Below are positions 25,799 through 38,130 of a stretch of DNA of 64,000 nucleotides, one piece after another. The stretch is from contig NC_068998.1 in NCBI RefSeq assembly GCF_001194135.2, forward strand, positions 31,073,937-31,137,936. The letters are read 5' to 3'. The position numbers and the translations under genes are program-made. The stretch is from Octopus bimaculoides (lineage: Eukaryota). The notes below the pieces were generated by a model, which saw nothing but the letters and a program-made list of their open reading frames with translations, had not been told where the DNA came from and made no database searches. Each line of letters opens with the position of its first letter. Position 1 is the stretch's first letter.

Positions 25799-26534
25799 TT
25801 GCTATGAAGTAATAGAGTCACTGTTATAATCAGTTTTCTAACTGTTACTGAAATCTGTCGAAAACTTTCCTGTAATGGTCTCATGCAGTTCTTTCTGGAA
25901 TTCCTCATGAGAAGTGTGTAAGGGTAGTCATGTCTTGAGCTTGTGTGTGTTGGCATATCCATAGTGCTGCTTCCAAGTTATGTATTATTCATGCATTTTT
26001 TTAATATAATGTATTGTTACATGAGCATGTTACCATCATCTGCGCAGGGTGATAGATGTTAAATAATACAGTGAGTGTAAATTTCCAATCTGTTGTTAAT
26101 TTGGGGCCCTGGTCTGTCTATGAGAATAGTCTCCTTAATTCTTAAATTTCCTAAATTTCTGTCATTGGCCTTAGTTGTGACTGTTATGCTTTTGTTGGTG
26201 TTCCGGCATCTGTCTAGATATTTTCTGAGGGAGGAGGCTTGCTTGTTTAGATGTTCTTTGATCTGAATGTGTAATGGTCTTGTGCTTCTCACATAGAAAT
26301 TGTTGCATTTGTTACATTGGATTCAATATACATTTACCCGTTGGCATAAATCTGTGTCATGGATGGGGCAGTTAGCTAGTGTGCCTTGCTACAACAACAA
26401 CTCGGCCTGTTACACTCACTATGAATAATTAAATTATTTATAACAGTTATTATAGTCCTTCTGCATTATTGTGCCATTCCAGACATGTTACATTTCACAC
26501 ACACACATATATATATATGTATATATATCTATAT

Positions 26535-26810
26535 ATATATAAAGTGGAGACACATGGCCTAGTGGTTAGAGCAGCGGACTCGCGGTCGAGAGATCGTGGG
26601 TTCAAATCTCAGACCAGGTGACGTGTGTGTTTATGAGTGAAACACCTAAGCTCCACGTGGCTCTGGCAGAAGGTAATGGTGAACCTCTGCTGACTCTTTC
26701 GCCACAACTTTCTCACTGCACTCTTTCTTCCTGCATCTAGCAGCTCATCTGTGATGGACTGGCGTCCCATCCAGGTGGGGAACCTATACACTCATGAAAC
26801 CACGAAACCG
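26535..26810 (+). mobile_element. tRNA-derived SINE, separate family
   Basis: TGGCCTAGTGGTTAGAGC A box, GGTTCAAATC B box, GATGGACTGGCGTCCCATCCAGG tail motif. Confidence 0.75.
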
Positions 26811-26929
26811 AGCCAGGAACAAACAACAATATATATATATATATATATATANNNNNNNNNNNNNNNNNNNNNNNNNNNNNNNNNNNNNNNNNNNNNNNNN
26901 NNNNNNNNNNNNNNNNNNNATATATTGGT

Positions 26930-28260
26930 TAGTGACTTCAGGCTTAGGGCAAGAAAGATCCAGAGAGGCAAGCCAATTTGGAAAAGGAGGCTGTGGAGGC
27001 TCAAGGATCCTGCAAATGGGCCAGAGATTTAGAGGATAATGAGGTCTTTGAAAAAAAGGAGGGAGAGATAGTCATATGACATAGAGGACAACTGGAAGTT
27101 CCTATGGGATAATCTACTAAAAGCAACAGACCAGATTTGTGGTTGGAACAAAGCCTCTGCTAGACCAAGTGTGATGTGGTGGTGGAACAATGACATTGCC
27201 AAGGCCATAAAAAAGAAGAGATGGGTCTGGAAAAGTGGGGTGGTTGCAAAGAATCATATCAAAAGGCTAAATGGGAGGCTAGATGTCAGGTTTATCTCAC
27301 TAGGGTAGAAGCAGAAAAGAAGAGGTCTGCCAAAGTCCTACAGCCTGAAGATCAGAGACTTGAAGTGTTCCAGATTACTAGACAGTGTGTCAGTGAGGAT
27401 TGAGATATTGTAGGAGAGAAGTGTGTATAGATGGATAATAGTATGCTTGCACTTAGTAATGTGGAAAAGTTACAATGTGAAACTGTTGAATGTAGAGAAT
27501 GAATGGGACAAAGACAGTCTCCCTCGTGTGAACCCAACAGAGAGACCAGCTATCCTAGTGGACAGCAGTAAGGTAGATAAGGCTATTAAAACCATGAAAG
27601 CCTCTGGTCCATCCAGAATCAAGTATGAGATGCTCAAAATATCCAGTAAGGTAGGGTATGGGCTAGTTACCTGCATAGTTAATCAGATCATTCAGGAAGG
27701 TTTAATACCCAAGGACTGGTGTAGCAGTATAATTGTTAGCTGCTACAAGGGTAAGGGTGATGCTTTAGATAGAAGCATTTATTGAGGCATCAAACTCCTG
27801 GACCACATGATGAAAATTGCAGAGAGAGTTATAACCCACTTAATTAGGAGCAAAATTAGGCTAGACAAAATGCAGTTCAGCACCACTGATACTATTTTCA
27901 TAGTCAGGCAACTGCAAGAGAAGTACTTAGCTAAGAATAAACCATTATACTTGGCATTTGTTGATCTAGAGAAAGCCTTTGATAAAGTACTCTGCTGTGT
28001 GGTACGGTGGGCACTGAGGAGATTAGGGATAGAAGAGTGGCTGGTGAAAACTGTACAGGCCTTGTACAAAGACACTGTCAATAAGGTGAGAGTTAACCAT
28101 GAGTACAGCAAAGAATTTGTTGTACTGGTAGGGGTTCATCAAGGTTTGGTCCTCAGTCCCCTCCTTTTCATCATTGTCCTCTAGGTCATTACAGAAGAAT
28201 TCAAGACTCTGGGAACTACTATATGCTGCTGATCTTGCCCTTATAGCAAGTTCCATATCA
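26930..28260 (+). mobile_element. Decayed RTE LINE fragment (linker + RT)
   Basis: LVSDFR, KPLYLAFVDLEKAFD and GVHQGLVLSPLLF motifs. Confidence 0.85.
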
Positions 28261-28269
28261 AAGTTAAAA

Positions 28270-28700
28270 GAGAAACAGTGCAGTGGATGAGCTACAGAGA
28301 GAGGCTGAAAAAACTGCATCTCTACTCCCTGGAGTGAAGACGCAACAGAAATGTAATAATCTACATTTGGAAAACTCTAGAAGGGCTAGTAGTTAATTTC
28401 GGCATTGAGAGTTACACAAATGCCAGAACTGGCTGCCATTGTATTGTACCAAAGGTACCATCCACTCCATCTAAATTCAGGACCAGATACTGCAATAGCC
28501 TAGGGTTCAAAGGCCCACAGCTCTTCAATGCCCTGCCACAAAAATTAAGAAATCTGCATAAGATGGAAGTAGATGTCTTCAAAAAGGAACTAGACATCCT
28601 CCTCTTCACAAAACTGGATGAACCAACAGCCTGACATGAGATACAGACGAGGGCAGTGGAATCAAACTCCCTTATACACCAAATGGGTCAACAGCTGGGA
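28270..28700 (+). mobile_element. CR1/L2-group LINE ORF2 3' end
   Basis: SYRERLKKLHLYSLE*RR...GPQLFNALPQKLRN...FKKELDILL...DEP. Confidence 0.75.
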
Positions 28701-28734
28701 CATAGGCACATACTCCTGTACACCTATCTTATGT

Positions 28735-29086
28735 GCATTAAATTCAACTCGTAGATAATGCAGAAATTTGCACAATTCTGTATTAAAATTTTGTTCTATA
28801 CCTATTGCATATTAGCTAATAACTCCTTTTCTATGCTGATGTTTTAACAAAAGTTAAATAATTTTATATGCTATTGAATTTACCTGTAATTAGATTCGCT
28901 TTGAGACAAAAATTAGGGAGCAGATTTGGTTAAGAACCTTTTGTTATATTGTGTTCCAAAAATGAAAATATGTTGGTTAAAAAATTAGAATTGTTTGATG
29001 AAACCAGTCTCAATTTGCAATTATTTTAGAATTTAATTGCAACACATAAGGGGTGCTCTTTAATTAGCAATATTGTAACGAAAGGG
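28735..29086 (+). mobile_element. Solo 3' terminus of a related piggyBac subfamily
   Basis: Ends GTAACGAAAGGG-TTAA; aligns loosely with the reverse complement of 6551-6918. Confidence 0.8.
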
Positions 29087-29181
29087 TTAACCAACAAATC
29101 TACTTGCATACGCATGCATATATATTATTGAAATCTAACCACTTCATTAGCTATATGTTGTGTTGATTTTCCCAATCTTCA

Positions 29182-29795
29182 AGGTGGCGAGCTGGCAGAA
29201 TCATTAGCACACTGGGCAAAATGCTTAGTGGCATTTTGTCTGTTTTTTATGTTTTGAATCCAAATTTCACCAAGGTTGACTTAGCTGTTCATCCTTTCAG
29301 GGTCAATAAAATAAGTACCAGTTGAGCACTGGGGTCAATTTAATCGACATAGCCCCTCCCTTTCAAAACTGCTGGCCTTGTACCAAAATTTGAAACTGAT
29401 ATTCCCATTCTTCAAAGTGGTAAGTTGGCAGAATCGTTAGCATGCTGTGCAAAATGCTTAGTGGCATTTCGTTTGTCTTTACATTCTGAGTTCAAATTTT
29501 GTGGAAGTCAAATTTGCTTTTCATCCTTTTGAGGTCAATAAAATAAGTGCCAGTTGAGCATTGGAGGTGATGTAATCAACTTCCCCCTCCCCCAAAACTG
29601 CCAGCCCTGTGCCAAAATTTAAAACCAATATTTCCAGTCTTCCAGCTCTTTTCTAAATTAAAATTCTGCTGAGATTTACTTTGCCTTTCATCCTTTCAGG
29701 ATCAATAAAATGAGTAGCAGTCAAGTACTTAGATTAATGTTATCAACTTTCCCCCACTCCCCTCAGAATTGTGGATCTTGTGCTAAAATTTGAAA
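29182..29795 (+). repeat. Head-to-tail array of about 2.7 diverged SINE units (period about 230 bp)
   Basis: SINE core present three times; each unit is preceded by a TTCCCA.TCTTC-like spacer at about 29170, 29402 and 29631. Confidence 0.8.
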
Positions 29796-29879
29796 AACAA
29801 TCCTCGCTTGCATATCATTTTACAACTCAGCTTCACTTCATCCATAGTCTCAAAGTCTATTTGGCACTCTTGTAATTTA

Positions 29880-30135
29880 TGACAATGAAGGTTCTAGTTG
29901 ATCTGATCAATGGAACAGCCTGCTTGTGAAATTAATGTGCAAGTGGCTGAGCACTCCACAAACACTCATACCCTTACCATAGTTCTTAGGGAGAATCAGC
30001 ATGACACAGTGTGACAAGACTGGAGCAATGTGAAATAAAGTGTCTTGCTCAAGGACACAACGCGTTACTGAGAGTTGAACTCATGACCATGTGATCATGA
30101 GCCAAATACCTTAACCACTAAGCCATGTGCCTTCA
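29880..30135 (-). mobile_element. tRNA/CORE-like SINE
   Basis: Minus strand GTGTCCTTGAGCAAGACACTT motif and A/B boxes; same family as 49620 and 53878. Confidence 0.7.
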
Positions 30136-30150
30136 TCAAAGTCTATTTAA

Positions 30151-30371
30151 CTCTTTAGCATTCAAATTGTTCTATCAGAATGTAATGTTTATTTGTTCAC
30201 ATTGTTTTGAGTTGATCATGCAGTATCTTGTCATTTTGAGATTTTGATGATGTGATTTTTTGTTTTTGGAATGACATTGTGGGGAGGTATGAAAGGCCAG
30301 ATGTGGCTGGTTTGAACATAAGACAGGTAGAATGTTTGAGGTCAGATATAACCGGTTTAAATGCTAAAGGG
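30151..30371. mobile_element. piggyBac-type MITE (221 bp)
   Basis: TTAA on both flanks; TIR CTCTTTAGCATT / AATGCTAAAGGG. Confidence 0.85.
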
Positions 30372-31024
30372 TTAAACAACATCTTAGATGTTGGCCAGCT
30401 TCAAGACAAGTATATGGTAATGACCTCTTTACTCTCATCTATCTTTTACTTGTTTCAGTTGTAGAACTGGCCATGCTGAGGCACCACCGTGAAGGGTTTA
30501 TTTGAACAAATCAGTCTCACTACTTAGTTTTTCATTTGTCTTTTTTTTAAGTCTAGTGCTTATTCTGTCAGTTTCTTTTGCAAAACTGCAAAGTTATAGC
30601 GACACAAACAAACCAACACCAGTTGTCAAGCAGTGGTGGAATAGAGAAACACAAAAGTGCACACATAAATAACACATAACAGATTTCCACACAGTTTCCA
30701 TCTAGCATATGCACTCAAGGCATTTTGTCAGTTTGGCAGATAATGGTGTCATTCAGCTGGCACACCTGCTGGTGGCACATAAAAGCACCCAATACACTCT
30801 CAGAGAGGTTGGTGTTAGGAAGGGCATACAGCCATAGAAACCATGTCAAATTAAACTGGAGTCTGGTGCAGCCCTCAGCTTACCGGTCCTAGTCAAACCG
30901 TCCAACCTATGCCAGCATGGACAAGACACATTTATCCAACACTAATGTACCTGCATATGTATGAAACTGACAAACATACTTGCATATTAATAATCTTTAT
31001 ATTCATTTATAATTTATATAAAGG

Positions 31025-31217
31025 CATTGCTTTGTGGTAAGAAGCTTGCTTCCCAACCGCATGGTTCTGAGTTCAGTCCAACTGCAGGACACCTTGGGCA
31101 AGTACCCCTTACTATAGCCTCCAGCCGACCAAAGCCTTGTGACTGGATTTGGTAGAGAGAAACTGAAAGAAGCCTGTTGTGTGTGTATATATATATATCT
31201 ATATATANNNNNNNNNN

Positions 31218-31262
<45 letters not shown>

Positions 31263-31365
31263 TATATGTGTGTGTCTGTTTCTGTGCCCTCTCACTGTCT
31301 GACAACCAGTGTTGGTGTGTTTACATCTCTGTAACTTAGTGGTTCAGCAAAAGATTTTGATAAAA
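31025..31365 (+). mobile_element. CORE-type SINE with an internal (TA)n/(TG)n tract
   Basis: TGTGGTAAGAAGCTTGCTTCCCAACC head, ACCTTGGGCAAGT motif, tail homologous to 13370-13590. Confidence 0.75.
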
Positions 31366-31395
31366 TAATTTTAAGGTTATTTCTACAGATATTCT

Positions 31396-32235
31396 ATTAC
31401 ATGGAAAAATGTGAGCTAGAGAAATAATATTCTTAAGATTATGAACCTGGAAAACTACAGGATAAGTTATTACTCTTGGAAAAGTTCAGGGCAACTTATT
31501 ACATCTAGTAAAGTACAGAACAAGAAAAGTTTTACTTAAAATATTGCAGCTAAGGATAAAATTTCAAATAAAGATTTAGAAAATATTAGCTTGTATTAAA
31601 ATTTAAAATTTTATTACAAATTATTATTTCTATTTGTTATTACTTGTTACTTCTATTAAAAATAGAAAAAACAAAATTTTTGCACTTTAAAAGAATTCAT
31701 ATTTTAAAATTATTAATTAGAAATTTGAAAATAGGTTATAAAAAATAATAGTAGTACATAATTAGTACAATAAATAGAATAATACAAAAATTAGTTATAT
31801 ATTACAGTAAAATCCACCTATAATAGCAAATTCACAGTAAATTTTGCTTCAGTTATTGCCTAGTTTTCACATTTTTAGTCATGACCTAATGCTTATTTTT
31901 TACATAATGAATTTGCCTACCATATATACTATTCTACTTTGCATAAAACTTGAGCTATATTAGTACTTCTGGTTCTCATTTTTTAAGTATCCTAGCGTGT
32001 CAATATTTTAACAAAATGATGGGACCTTTTTCAATTTTAATGTTACTTTAAAATCAAATGATTTTTAATATTCAAATTTTATCCTTAGCTGCAATATTTT
32101 AAGTAAAAATTTTCTTGTTCAGATGTAATAAGTTGTCCTGAACATTTTCAAGTGTAATAACTTTTTCTGTATTTTTCCAGGTTTATAACCTTAAGAATAT
32201 TATTTCTTTTGCTTGCATTTTCCCATGTAATCCAT
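31396..32235. repeat. Long imperfect inverted repeat (about 170-bp arms); probable non-autonomous DNA transposon
   Basis: 31396-31569 is reverse complementary to 32070-32235 (e.g. TTACTTAAAATATTGCAGCTAAGGATAAAATTT); AT-rich spacer; no TSD identified. Confidence 0.6.
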
Positions 32236-32923
32236 TTTTTTCCAGGCCATACTTCTATGCTTATTAATACTGTGCCAAATGTGTTTTAGTGGTGTCATTG
32301 ATAATTTTTTCCTTACCTCAATGATGCCGGTGACATATATTAAAAGTCCCCTTATTCATAAAAAAGTATAGAACTATATTATCAAACTCAAATTTGAGAA
32401 ACAAACACTCAGAACTTTTTTCTTTTAAAACTTCAGTGCATAAGATTGATACCATGAAATTCCTTGAAATGAGCTCTATCATTTAAGCTTAATTAAAATA
32501 TAGTTTGATTTTAAAATAAAAAAGTTAATTATACTTAAATCCAATTTTTTGCCTTACTTATATTTTTCCGTGATNNNNNNNNNNNNNNNNNNNNNNNNNN
32601 NNNNNNNNNNNNNNNNNNNNNNNNNNNNNNNNNNNNNNNNNNNNNNNNNNNNNNNNNNNNNNNNNNNNNNNNNNNNNNNNNNNNNNNNNNNNNNNNNNNN
32701 NNNNNNNNNNNNNNNNNNNNNNNNNNNNNNNNNNNNNNNNCTTTCTTCTCTCATTGAAGCTAAGATAAATATATTTTACTTTTAAAATAAAAAAGTTATT
32801 TAGATCTAAACTTGATTGGAGGCATTACTTACTCTCCTATAATGTTGCTACAAATTTTGATGTAAATTTTTTTCTACTGGATCAAATCTCAATTTTTTAA
32901 TGCTAAAATGTAGCTAGGGACAT

Positions 32924-33110
32924 CATCATCATCATCATCATCGTTTAACGTCCGCTTTCCATGCTAGCATGGGTTGGACGATTTGACTGAGGACTGGTGA
33001 AATCGGATGGCAACACCAGGCTCCAATCTAATTTGGCAGAGTTTCTACAGCTGGATGCCCTTCCTAACGCCAATCTACAGCTGGATGCCCTTCCTAACGG
33101 TTGGCGTTAG
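32924..33110 (-). mobile_element. RTE 3' tail fragment
   Basis: (CAT)n + CGTTTAACGTCCGCTTTCCATGCTAGCATGGG. Confidence 0.85.
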
Positions 33111-33659
33111 GACATATTCAAAAATATTAACTGTTCTCAATTTGGTTAAGAACCGAATTAGCAACAAGCTCTGAAACATGCTGCATGTGAGTAAATTGCA
33201 GCCTTAAGAATATTATTCAACTACTACTCTAGTTGAATGGTCAACTACTACTGTAGGTGAATGATAGAAATTATAGCCAACACTGATTTTTGCTACACCG
33301 TTTAGTATATGAGATGTCATATGTAAACAAACAATGAAACCGAAGATGAAAAATGGGTAATGGGCATATATTCCATATTTCGTGGCGTTTTACTTCTTCA
33401 TGAGCACCACCAATCTAACCCATTAATCATCCTCAAACACACTGCTCAAATAGCCACCACATATAGTGATGTAAAGTTAATGGATATACCAATTTACATA
33501 TTAAACACATTTCTGGAAGCTGGTATGTAAATACTAATGATTTGTAGGTAGTGGTATTTTGTCATGCAACCATGATATACTATAAAGTATATTAAATGTT
33601 TTTATAAGTCAATATCATGTTCTACTGCATTAGCAGTGCACTTTACATTATTTTAAGGT

Positions 33660-33868
33660 TACCGCCTGACTGGCCTTCCTGCCGGTGGCACGTAAAAGTA
33701 CCCACTACACTCTTGGAGTGGTTGGCGTTAGGAAGGGCATCCAGCTGTAGAAAACTCTGCCAAATCAGATTGGAGCCTGGTGTAGCCATCTGGTTCGCCA
33801 GTCCTCAGTCAAATCGTCCAACCCATGCTAGCATGGAAAGCGGACGTTAAACGATGATGATGATGATG
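33660..33868 (+). mobile_element. RTE 3' tail fragment
   Basis: GGAAGGGCATCCAGCTGTAGAAAACTC...GTTAAACGATGATGATG. Confidence 0.85.
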
Positions 33869-34479
33869 AGAAATTATAACCAGCACTGATTCGTTTCATA
33901 TATGGGACATCAGATGTAAACAAACAATGAAATCGAAGTACCAGGCTTTAAAAAAAATTAAGTGCTGGGGTTGATTCATTCGATTAAAATTTCTTCAATG
34001 CTCTGCCCCAGCATGGCTACAGTCTAATGATTGAAATGAGAAAAGAGAAAAAATTTGAAATATACTAAAGGATTAACTGGTAAGACTTAATATAGACCTA
34101 CAGAGTTTTACATAGAGGGACATATCTATTCATACACAATAATACAACTACTATAGAAATATACTCAGTATTCATTCTGTAATTACACATCATACATGCA
34201 CATATAAATAACTTAAATGTAATAAATCACAATGTGTGTCTTGTTGGTCATGCTAGGGAAAGAAGAGTAAAACAATAAACAGGGTGGGAGTGAGTGACTG
34301 TCAGAGGCAGTAAAGGCAGGCGAACTACATTCAAAAGTTTTGCTCTGAATTCACTGGTATTTTGCTCAAAATAAAACTGGAAATTTTGATCGTAAATTGT
34401 ATTTAGTGTATCAGTTTATCTCTCTCTCTCTCTCTCTCACCCACACACACAAATGAAAAGATACAAAATATAAAGAATG

Positions 34480-34541
34480 AATCATAGACCGGTTTCGTTG
34501 CCAACTACTTACGTAATTGTCTCCAACTCTTCAGTATGATT
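34480..34541 (-). ncRNA. Intact-core type-I hammerhead ribozyme (antisense arm)
   Basis: Minus strand: AATCATA CTGAAGA GTTG..CAAC GAAAC CG GTC TATGATT; 7-bp stem I, canonical G10.1-C11.1 pair, GUC site. Confidence 0.88.
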
Positions 34542-34553
34542 GTCCTTTGCAAC

Positions 34554-37500
34554 CTCCCACACCCTCGGGGTTGGCACTGTCAATGTCGGGACACTGAAAG
34601 GTAGGTCTGCTTAGATTGTTGAGATGCTTGAATGGAGATGTCGATATCTGCTGCCTCCAAGAAGTAAGTGGAGAGGTGGTTCCGTTAGGTTCCTCACAGG
34701 CAAAGAACAGGTACAAGATTTTCTGGGCAGAGAACACAGACGGAGGCGGGGGTATACTTCTTGCGGAGAAATGGGTGGATAAGGTAATCGAGGTAGTCAG
34801 AGTATGCAATAGAATACTTAAGATTAGATTAGTGCTCCATCATGGGTTAGCAACCATTATCTTGGCCTATGCCCCTCAGCCGGGGCTACCCGATGGACAG
34901 AAAGACCAATTTTATGATACTCTCTTGCAGACTACCTCGTTGACGAATGACAGGGACCTGCTCTTTGTGGCTGGTGACTTCAATGGACATGTTGGACAAC
35001 ATACAGGAGGCTTCCATGGCGTACATGGNNNNNNNNNNNNNNNNNNNNNNNNNNNNNNNNNNNNNNNNNNNNNNNNNNNNNNNNNNNNNNNNNNNNNNNN
35101 NNNNNNNNNNNNNNNCAATATTAACTTCAGGAAACCTGCCAGTCACCTCGTCACCTACCGTTCTGGCAGACACACTAGCCAAATTGACTACATTCTCACG
35201 AGAAAAAGGGAAAGATGGCTGCTTATAAATGCCAAAACCTTCCCAGGTGAAGAATGTACCTCACAACATAGACTGGTAGTTAGTGATTTCAGAATCAGGG
35301 CAAAGTGGTTGCCCAGATGACGACCAGCATGGAGGAGAAGGGTCTGGAAGCTTAAAGATCCTGCGAATGGACAGAGATTTAGAGACGTATTACTTGAAGC
35401 CTTTGACGAAATAGAAGGGAACATAGCTTTACACGATGTAGAAAACAACTGGAGGTTTCTACGGGACAACCTGCTGAGGGCCACTGACCAGATCTGTGGA
35501 TGGTGCAAAGTCACCTCTTGACCCAAAATAATGTGGTGGGAGAACACTGTTGTTGACAGGGCTATTAGAGAAAAGAAACAGGCTTGGAAGGACTGGAAGA
35601 ACGGTGGTAGCAGGGAATTGTATCAGACTGCCAGANNNNNNNNNNAAGAACGGTGGTAGCAGGGAATTGTATCAGACTGCCAGAAGGGAAGCTAGGAGAC
35701 AGGTTTATTTAGCCAGATGGGAAGCAGATAAGAAAAAAAATTTGACAATGTTCTGCACCGTGGAGACGCCACTATGAAAGGTTGCTTAATAAAGAGGATG
35801 AATGGGAGAAAGAGAGTCTGCTGAATGTTGACCCAACAGAGAGACCAGCTCTCCAAGTTGACAGTACCATGGTAGATAAAGCAATTAAGAGTAAGAAGAC
35901 AGGGAAAGCCTTTGGCCCATCAAGAATCACTGCAGAGATGCTCAAAATTTCTGGCAATGTCGGCTATAGCCTAGTCACCCATATAATTAACAAGGTGATA
36001 CACGAAGGAGTCATACCTAATGACTTGTGTAGCAGCACCATAGTCAACTGCTACAAAGGTAAAGGTGACACTTTAGATACAAATAGTTACAGAGGTATCA
36101 AGTTGTTGGATCAGGTAATGAAAGTCACGGAGAGAGTCAGTTTAGATGAGATGTAGTTTGGGTTTGTGCCAGGGAAAAGCACCACCGATGCTATATTTCT
36201 GGTAAGACAGTTGCAGGAGAAATACCGAGCCAAAGATAAACCTCTGTACCTGGCTTTTGTTGACATGGAGAAAGCTTTTGACAGGGTCCCACATCCCTTA
36301 TCTGGTGTTCAATGAGGAAACTAGGGATAAATGAATGGTTAGTGAGAGCTGTGTGAGCCATATACAGGGACGCTGTAGTAAGATGAGGGTTAGCAACGAG
36401 TACAGTGAAGAATTCCGGGTAGAGGTTGGGGTCCACTAAGGTTCAGTCCTCAGTCCCTTCCTATTTATCATAGTTTTCCAGTCAATAACCGAGGAATTCA
36501 AGACAGGATGCCCCTGAGAGATCCTCTATGCTGATGACCTTGCTCTAATTGCTGAGTCACTATCAGAACTAGAGGAGAAGTTTCATGTATGGAAGCAAGG
36601 ATTAGAATCGAAGGGTCTTAAAGTCAATCTAGCTAAAACCAAAGTCCAAATAAGAAAGGTAGGCAAACCACAAACCCCTTCAGGTAGATGTTTCTGCTCG
36701 ATTTGTAGAAAAGGCGTCGGTAGAAACTCTATAAGATGTACCCAGTGTAAGCTATGGACACACAAGAGGTGCAGAAATATTAAAGGAAGGCTAACTAGGA
36801 AGTTAGTTTTTGTATGTGGCAGATGTTCAGGAGCAATAATTACTGAAAATGTGCAGAGAACAACTTCTGCCACATTTCAGGGAGGAAAACTAGAAGTAGT
36901 TGATAGCTTCCGTTACCTAGGTGACCAAGTCAGTAGTGGGGGAGGGTGTGCTGAATATGGAGCTGCTAGAATAAGAATAGCCTGGGTAAAGTTCAGAGAG
37001 CTCTTACCTCTGCTGGTGACAAAGGGCCTCTCCCTCAGAGTAAAAGGCAGACTGTATGACGCATGTGTACGAACAGCCATGCTACATGGCAGTGAAACAT
37101 GGGCCGTGACTGCTGATGACATGCGTAAGCTTGCAAGGAATGAAGCCAGTATGCTCCGATGGATGTGTAATGTCAGTGTGCATACCCGACAGAGTGTAAG
37201 TACCTTGAGAGAAAAGTTGAACCTAAGAAGCATCACTTGTGGTGTGCAAGAGAGACAACTGCGTTAGTATGGTCATGTGGTGAGAATGGATGAGGATAGC
37301 TGTGTGAAAAAGTGCCACACCCTGGCAGTTGAGGGAACCCGTGGAAGAGGTAGACCCAAGAAGACCTGGGATGAGGTGGTGAAGCACGACCTCTGAACAT
37401 TGGGCCTCACTGAGGCAATGACTTGTGACCGAGACCTTTGGAAATAAGCTGTGCATGAGAAGACCCGGCAAGCCAAGTGAGACCAAAATCCAAGGCCTCT

Positions 37501-38128
37501 GCCAGGGGTGTAGCCAGCCCACTTATGTGTATATCTTTATTGGACACTAAAACTCTGCTTGCGATGACCTGTTGAGGCAAGTGAAATCGAAATCGAACCA
37601 AACTCGACGACTGTCACCTATGCCAACCTTTCCTTCATTGGACACTAAACTCAGCTTGCGAAAACCTGTTGGGGCAAGTGAAATCGAAATTGAACTAAAT
37701 TCGATGACTGGCACCCGTGCCAGTGGAGTGCTAACAGCACCATCCGAGTGTGATCATTGCCAGAGCAGCTGTCTGACTCCCATGCTGGTGGCACATGGAA
37801 CGCACCATTTGAATGTGATCGTTACCTGCATTGCCTTCGAGTGAGGTCATTGCCAGTGCCGCTGGACTGGCTCTTGTGCAGGTGGCATGTAAAATACACC
37901 ATTTGAGTGTGGCTGTTGCCAGTACTGCCTGACTACCCCTCGTGCCCATGGCACGTAAAAGCACCCACTACACTCTCGGAGTGGTTGGCGTTTGGAAGGG
38001 CATCCAGCTGTAGAAACTCTGCCAGATCAGATTGGAGCCTGGTGCAGCTATCTCATTCGCCAGTCCTCAGTCAAATCGTCCAACCCATGCTAGAATGGAG
38101 AGCGGACATTAAACGATGATCATGATGA
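34554..38128 (+). mobile_element. Near full-length RTE-clade LINE (APE + RT + C-terminal Cys/His finger + long 3' UTR), inactivated
   Basis: GTVNVGTL, ICCLQE, AGDFNGH and SQIDYIL (APE); LAFVDMEKAFD, SVLSPFLF and LYADDL (RT); CSICRKGVGRNSIRCTQCKLWTHKRC; GAT-repeat tail; scattered stops. Confidence 0.95.
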
Positions 38129-38130
38129 TA

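Larger units (their letters stand above)
22750..26500 (-). mobile_element. Penelope-like element: upstream pseudo-LTR (GIY-YIG end, 3' UTR, HHR) followed by the ORF N-terminus and RT; interrupted by a piggyBac
   Basis: GIY-YIG-like VY*IQCNKCNNFYVRSTRPLHIQIKEHL at about 26340-26230; LSLGPKF (ORF 23686-24036); LPKFYHFIK...IRPIVS at about 23380-23445; SLDVVSMYTIVP at about 23205-23245; inverted terminal piece 26420-26497. Confidence 0.8.

Noticed and set aside
35597-35684. 39-bp direct repeat in the RTE ORF
   Set aside because: Flanks a 10-N gap: overlap artefact.
37540-38000. Short repeated modules in the RTE 3' UTR as a CRISPR-like array
   Set aside because: Irregular period, diverged units, no unique spacers; eukaryotic LINE UTR.
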